A program made the position numbers and the translations under genes. Below the pieces are notes generated by a model, which was not told the DNA's origin, did no database searches, and was given only the letters and a program-made list of their open reading frames with translations. This document shows, in pieces, positions 60,818 to 64,000 of a stretch of 64,000 bases of DNA (position 1 is the stretch's first letter; each line of letters opens with the position of its first letter). Source of the DNA: Minisyncoccota bacterium (lineage in GTDB: Bacteria > Patescibacteriota > Minisyncoccia > Phycocordibacterales > UBA1550); the NCBI GenBank assembly GCA_023229865.1, contig JALNYL010000004.1:17773-81772 (forward strand). The letters run 5' to 3'.

Positions 60818-60941
60818 ACGAGTAAATGAGCCAGGCCTATATCATCGGCAGTAGCCTTGATATAGACCCATCGCTCGGACGAAATGAAAGTAAGCTTTCG
60901 TTCCGCTCCTCATCCAGCAGGATGACTCTTGGAGTATGCTC
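60818..60941 (+). ncRNA. Putative structured leader RNA upstream of tRNA-Trp
   Basis: Follows TGG-TATACT; three hairpins enclosed by CGAGTA/TGCTCG. Confidence 0.4.
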
Positions 60942-61012
60942 GGGCCTATAGTTCAGTGGTAGAATATCGCACTCCAAACGCGCAGACCGAGGTTCGAGTC
61001 CTCGTGGGCCCG
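60942..61012 (+). tRNA. tRNA-Trp(CCA) with weakened anticodon stem
   Basis: GGGCCTA/TGGGCCC acceptor, TCGCA-CTCCAAA-CGCGC, CGAGG-TTCGAGT-CCTCG. Confidence 0.9.
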
Positions 61013-61378
61013 CAATGACAACGCCAGATACTTTCAGTATCTGGCGTTGTTGTCATTGCGAGGTCCACGAGGACTCGAAAACCGCAGGCGGGCACACAGT
61101 GTACTCACTGGGTCGCCGAGGTGGGGCCGCGAGTACTTATGAGCAAAGCGAATTAGTAACTCGGGGCCGCGTCCTCGTGCTTGATGTTTAACCCAAACAC
61201 GAAAGTGTTTGGGTTTTGTTGTTACTGCGAGGCCCACGAGGACTCGAAAAGCGGAGCCGGTATGCAAGACGAACGTAGTGAGTGCTTGTCGGCGAGCTGA
61301 GACCGCGAGTACTTAATAGATTTCGAGTGTAACGAAGAAATATATTTAGTAACTCGTGGGAGAGTCCTCGTGGGCCCA
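61013..61378 (+). repeat. Two tandem tRNA-3'-associated palindromic units
   Basis: Each unit: hairpin, inverted tRNA end (CCACGAGGACTCGAA), GCGAGTACTTA..TTAGTAACTCG core, direct copy GTCCTCGTG. Confidence 0.82.
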
Positions 61379-61448
61379 CCCCTATTGCACAAAAGGTTGT
61401 ATGTGGTAGCCTAAATATTAGATATTTAAACCGAAGGAGGGTAGTGTC

Positions 61449-62309
61449 ATGAACGTTATTCGTTTTGTGATGTTCGCGTTCTTTTTGTGTTTCTCGAATG
61501 TTTCCGTAGCTTTTTCGGGTCCGACAGATGCCGAGCGAAAAGAAGCGGCAGCACGTGAGTATGCGTACTGCATGTTTCTCGGAAAGTTCGTTGGCGTTTC
61601 TGGTGTTATCTCATACATCCAAGGACAACAAACGGGCTCCTCTCTCTATAGTAATTCTGAAAAGTTAGCACAAGAGAATTGCATCGCTGACACTCTGGGG
61701 CTAATGCGCTATCGAGACCTTGATGAGATTGTCGCTGCTGACGATGGTTTCAATCTGGTTCCCATCGCCGCGCCGTTCATTGTTGTTAATAATGGGGTTC
61801 CGCGAGAGCGACACCTGTCTCGTCCTTGGGCTCGCGATTATCTTTTTGATATCGCTCAGTATTACAGAAAAATCTCATCTGGGAAAAAGTTGCGCGTGGC
61901 TTCATTGGTGCGATCGCGTATCGACCAGAAAGGGCTGAGTGAAGTCAAAAAGTTTTATCGTCGTGTCAAAGGAAGACTCAAAATAATATTGCGCAAAAGG
62001 CGGAGTTTTGCTGATTGCTCAAGTAGCGCCGTATGCTCGACGCATCTCACGGGAGCGGCAATCGATGTTTCTCTCCGTGGTGTGTCAAAAAAGGAACGTG
62101 TGCTTCTTTCGGAACGTTTTTTGAGGGACCGGGAAGCTGGTCGCATTCTTGTTATTTACGAAAGGGTGGGGAATCATTTTCATGTTTTTGTGCTCCCCAA
62201 GCAAAATGTTTTCTATTTTTATCCCGCACCTTATCTCGACGGGGTGAATAGGGAAAGCATTGTTAACCAATCAGTCACTGAGATACTTTCTCAACCCCCG
62301 GCAGAATAG
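61449..62309 (+). CDS. Secreted DUF5715-like (LAS/M15 zinc peptidase-like) protein
   Basis: Signal peptide, SLVRS...Q, STHLTGAAIDVS, HFHVFV; SD AAGGAGG. Confidence 0.7.
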   Translation: MNVIRFVMFAFFLCFSNVSVAFSGPTDAERKEAAAREYAYCMFLGKFVGVSGVISYIQGQQTGSSLYSNSEKLAQENCIADTLGLMRYRDLDEIVAADDGFNLVPIAAPFIVVNNGVPRERHLSRPWARDYLFDIAQYYRKISSGKKLRVASLVRSRIDQKGLSEVKKFYRRVKGRLKIILRKRRSFADCSSSAVCSTHLTGAAIDVSLRGVSKKERVLLSERFLRDREAGRILVIYERVGNHFHVFVLPKQNVFYFYPAPYLDGVNRESIVNQSVTEILSQPPAE

Positions 62310-62377
62310 CTGGGGTTTTTCTTTTCCCCGGAGCAGATTGTGTTTAGTTTTTAAAAATGATTTAATGCAAACATATT

Positions 62378-62551
62378 ATGGAACACAAAAACCCTTGGGA
62401 AAATATCCCTCAGCCAGAGCTCGTCCCTGTTGCCCCCACACAAGAAAAAGACAAACCCTCAATTACTGACATTGAAGGAGCTCTCGATATTTTTAGGAGA
62501 GAAGAAGAGAATAATTCGACAGAGGAGATCAAGAAGCCAACCATTCACTAG
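62378..62551 (+). CDS. 57-aa acidic hypothetical protein
   Basis: MEHKNPWENIPQPELVPVAP...KPTIH; converges on the miaA stop. Confidence 0.4.
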   Translation: MEHKNPWENIPQPELVPVAPTQEKDKPSITDIEGALDIFRREEENNSTEEIKKPTIH

Positions 62552-63459
62552 CTCTTAAGAAAGTTTTGCACCACACGCAAAATTTTTTTTGTATCCTTTG
62601 GGTGAAACCATTTGATATTGGTGTTTCTTTTGAACCACATCATTTGGCGTTTTGAAAATTGCCGAATAGCGATTTCGAGAAGTTGAATCATTTCCTCTTT
62701 GGAAAGTTTCTCTGTGAGAAATTGCGCAAGGAATCGGTACTCGAGCCCGAGTGAGTCCATTTTCTTCCAAGAGAGCCCTCCTTCATGTAGGCGCTTCGCT
62801 TCGGCAACCATGCCGTGACGCATGCGGGCAATGAGGCGCATATGAATGCGCTCCTCGAGTTCCGCCTTCGGCATCGTGAGTCCAACCCAGAGTGTATTGT
62901 ATCGCTCGGTTGGTTCGGTACGCTCGGGGACTTTGCCAATCGCCTTCGCAATCTCGATGGCACGAATAAGGCGACGAGGGTTTTGTGCGTCGATTGTTTT
63001 TGCGCGCACAGGGTCGAGCTTTACTAATTTTTTAAAAAGTTTTTCAGGGGAAAGTTGCTCGAGTTTCTTGCGAAGCTCGGCATTAGGTGGAACCTCGGGG
63101 AAAAAAGCGTTCGTAAGAACGGCATCTAGATAGAGGCCCGTGCCACCACAGATGATGGGGGTCTTGCCACGTTTGAGAATTTCTTTGATCGCGCGTGTGG
63201 CGAGACGCTCGTACTGCACGACAGACATCGTGCGCCTTGGGCTACAGACGTCAAGGAGGTGGTGGGGGACACCATGCATTTCGCGTTTGGTGACCTTCCC
63301 AGAGCCGATATTGAGGCCCGTGTAGACTTGGCGCGAGTCAGCAGAAACAACCTCGCCACCGACGAGGCGAGCTACCTCAATAGAAAGGGAGGTTTTGCCA
63401 GAGGCGGTTGGGCCGACAATGGCAATTACTTTCGTTGTCACTTCGTCTTTGTTGCTCAT
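62548..63459 (-). CDS. miaA: tRNA dimethylallyltransferase
   Basis: GPTASGKT, SADSRQVY, HHLLD, GGTGLY, KRQMMWF. Confidence 0.96.
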   Translation of the reverse strand: MSNKDEVTTKVIAIVGPTASGKTSLSIEVARLVGGEVVSADSRQVYTGLNIGSGKVTKREMHGVPHHLLDVCSPRRTMSVVQYERLATRAIKEILKRGKTPIICGGTGLYLDAVLTNAFFPEVPPNAELRKKLEQLSPEKLFKKLVKLDPVRAKTIDAQNPRRLIRAIEIAKAIGKVPERTEPTERYNTLWVGLTMPKAELEERIHMRLIARMRHGMVAEAKRLHEGGLSWKKMDSLGLEYRFLAQFLTEKLSKEEMIQLLEIAIRQFSKRQMMWFKRNTNIKWFHPKDTKKILRVVQNFLKS

Positions 63460-63509
63460 TTTGTTATGATACTCATATACAGAAGATTATCAAATAAGTA
63501 AATAAAACT

Positions 63510-64000
63510 ATGGACCATGAAAATATGTGTGGAGTGCATGACGAACCCCTTTTTGCTCAAATTGGGCATGTTATCCCAGAGGCAGAGGCGGATGCATTTC
63601 ATAATGAAGAAATAAAAAAGATTAAACTTTCTGACTATCGTGGAAAGTGGATGGTGCTTTTTTTCTACCCTGCGGACTTTACCTTCGTATGTCCCACAGA
63701 ACTCGAAGAGATGGCGGACAATTATGAGACGATTCAGGGACTTGGTGCTGAGGTGCTTTCAGTATCAACAGACACTGTGTTTGCACACAAGGCATGGCAC
63801 GACACCTCGGATTCTATTAAGAAGATTAAGTTCCCCATGCTCTCTGACTCACGTCACGAGCTTTGTGAAATGTTTGGGACTTACATTCCTGAAGAGGGTC
63901 TCTCTCTCCGTGGGACATTCGTCGTTGATCCAGATGGTATCCTTCGAATCGTTGAGGTAAACGATAATAGTGTTGGACGCAATGCGAAGGAACTCATTCG
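63510..64000 (+). CDS. ahpC: 2-Cys peroxiredoxin (3' end runs off the window)
   Basis: Hand translation from ATG at 63510: ...YRGKWMVLFFYPADFTFVCPTEL...RGTFVVDPDG...VGRNAKEL. Confidence 0.93.
   Translation, partial: MDHENMCGVHDEPLFAQIGHVIPEAEADAFHNEEIKKIKLSDYRGKWMVLFFYPADFTFVCPTELEEMADNYETIQGLGAEVLSVSTDTVFAHKAWHDTSDSIKKIKFPMLSDSRHELCEMFGTYIPEEGLSLRGTFVVDPDGILRIVEVNDNSVGRNAKELI

Noticed and set aside
60818-60941. Hammerhead ribozyme or SRP RNA
   Set aside because: Lacks a CUGANGA core in register with GAAA, and lacks the SRP domain IV CAGG..GGAA..AGCA motif.
61013-61378. CRISPR array
   Set aside because: Only two long degenerate units derived from the tRNA end, no regular repeat-spacer period and no cas genes.

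Overview
Chromosomal window from a Patescibacteria (CPR, Parcubacteria-like) bacterium. This is inferred from the tandem VirB2/TrbC-like pilin cluster, the short S1 protein, the SD-less core genes and tRNAs without encoded CCA. TGA acts as a stop codon. Housekeeping genes: nrdAB, gyrA, rpsA, infB, rbfA, clpB, miaA, rpmG, a cysteine desulfurase, sod, ahpC, DEAD-box and Pif1-like helicases, a MacAB-type transporter, two ECF sigma/anti-sigma pairs and seven intact tRNAs. No integrase, transposase, reverse transcriptase or CRISPR array is visible. Most notable structure: (1) about 20 scattered orphan genes share a distinct expression grammar (promoter with a TAGNNT -10, boxA-like motif, strong Shine-Dalgarno, own terminator), while core genes are leaderless or have AU-rich, SD-free leaders; (2) an island of SD-led micro-ORFs with an aberrant CCA-encoding tRNA-like gene at 37.7-39.2 kb; (3) an AT-rich DNA methyltransferase + DGQHR-protein module that may be a defence system; (4) heavily remodelled tRNA loci, including an intact tRNA-Leu nested in a split tRNA-Leu, repeats that copy the neighbouring tRNA 3' end, mismatched anticodon stems, and a PD-(D/E)XK endonuclease abutting tRNA-Tyr; (5) a 29-bp double-hairpin mini-insertion found in a protein (in frame), a tRNA remnant and an island border. 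All calls come from reading the sequence by eye; no database searches were run.
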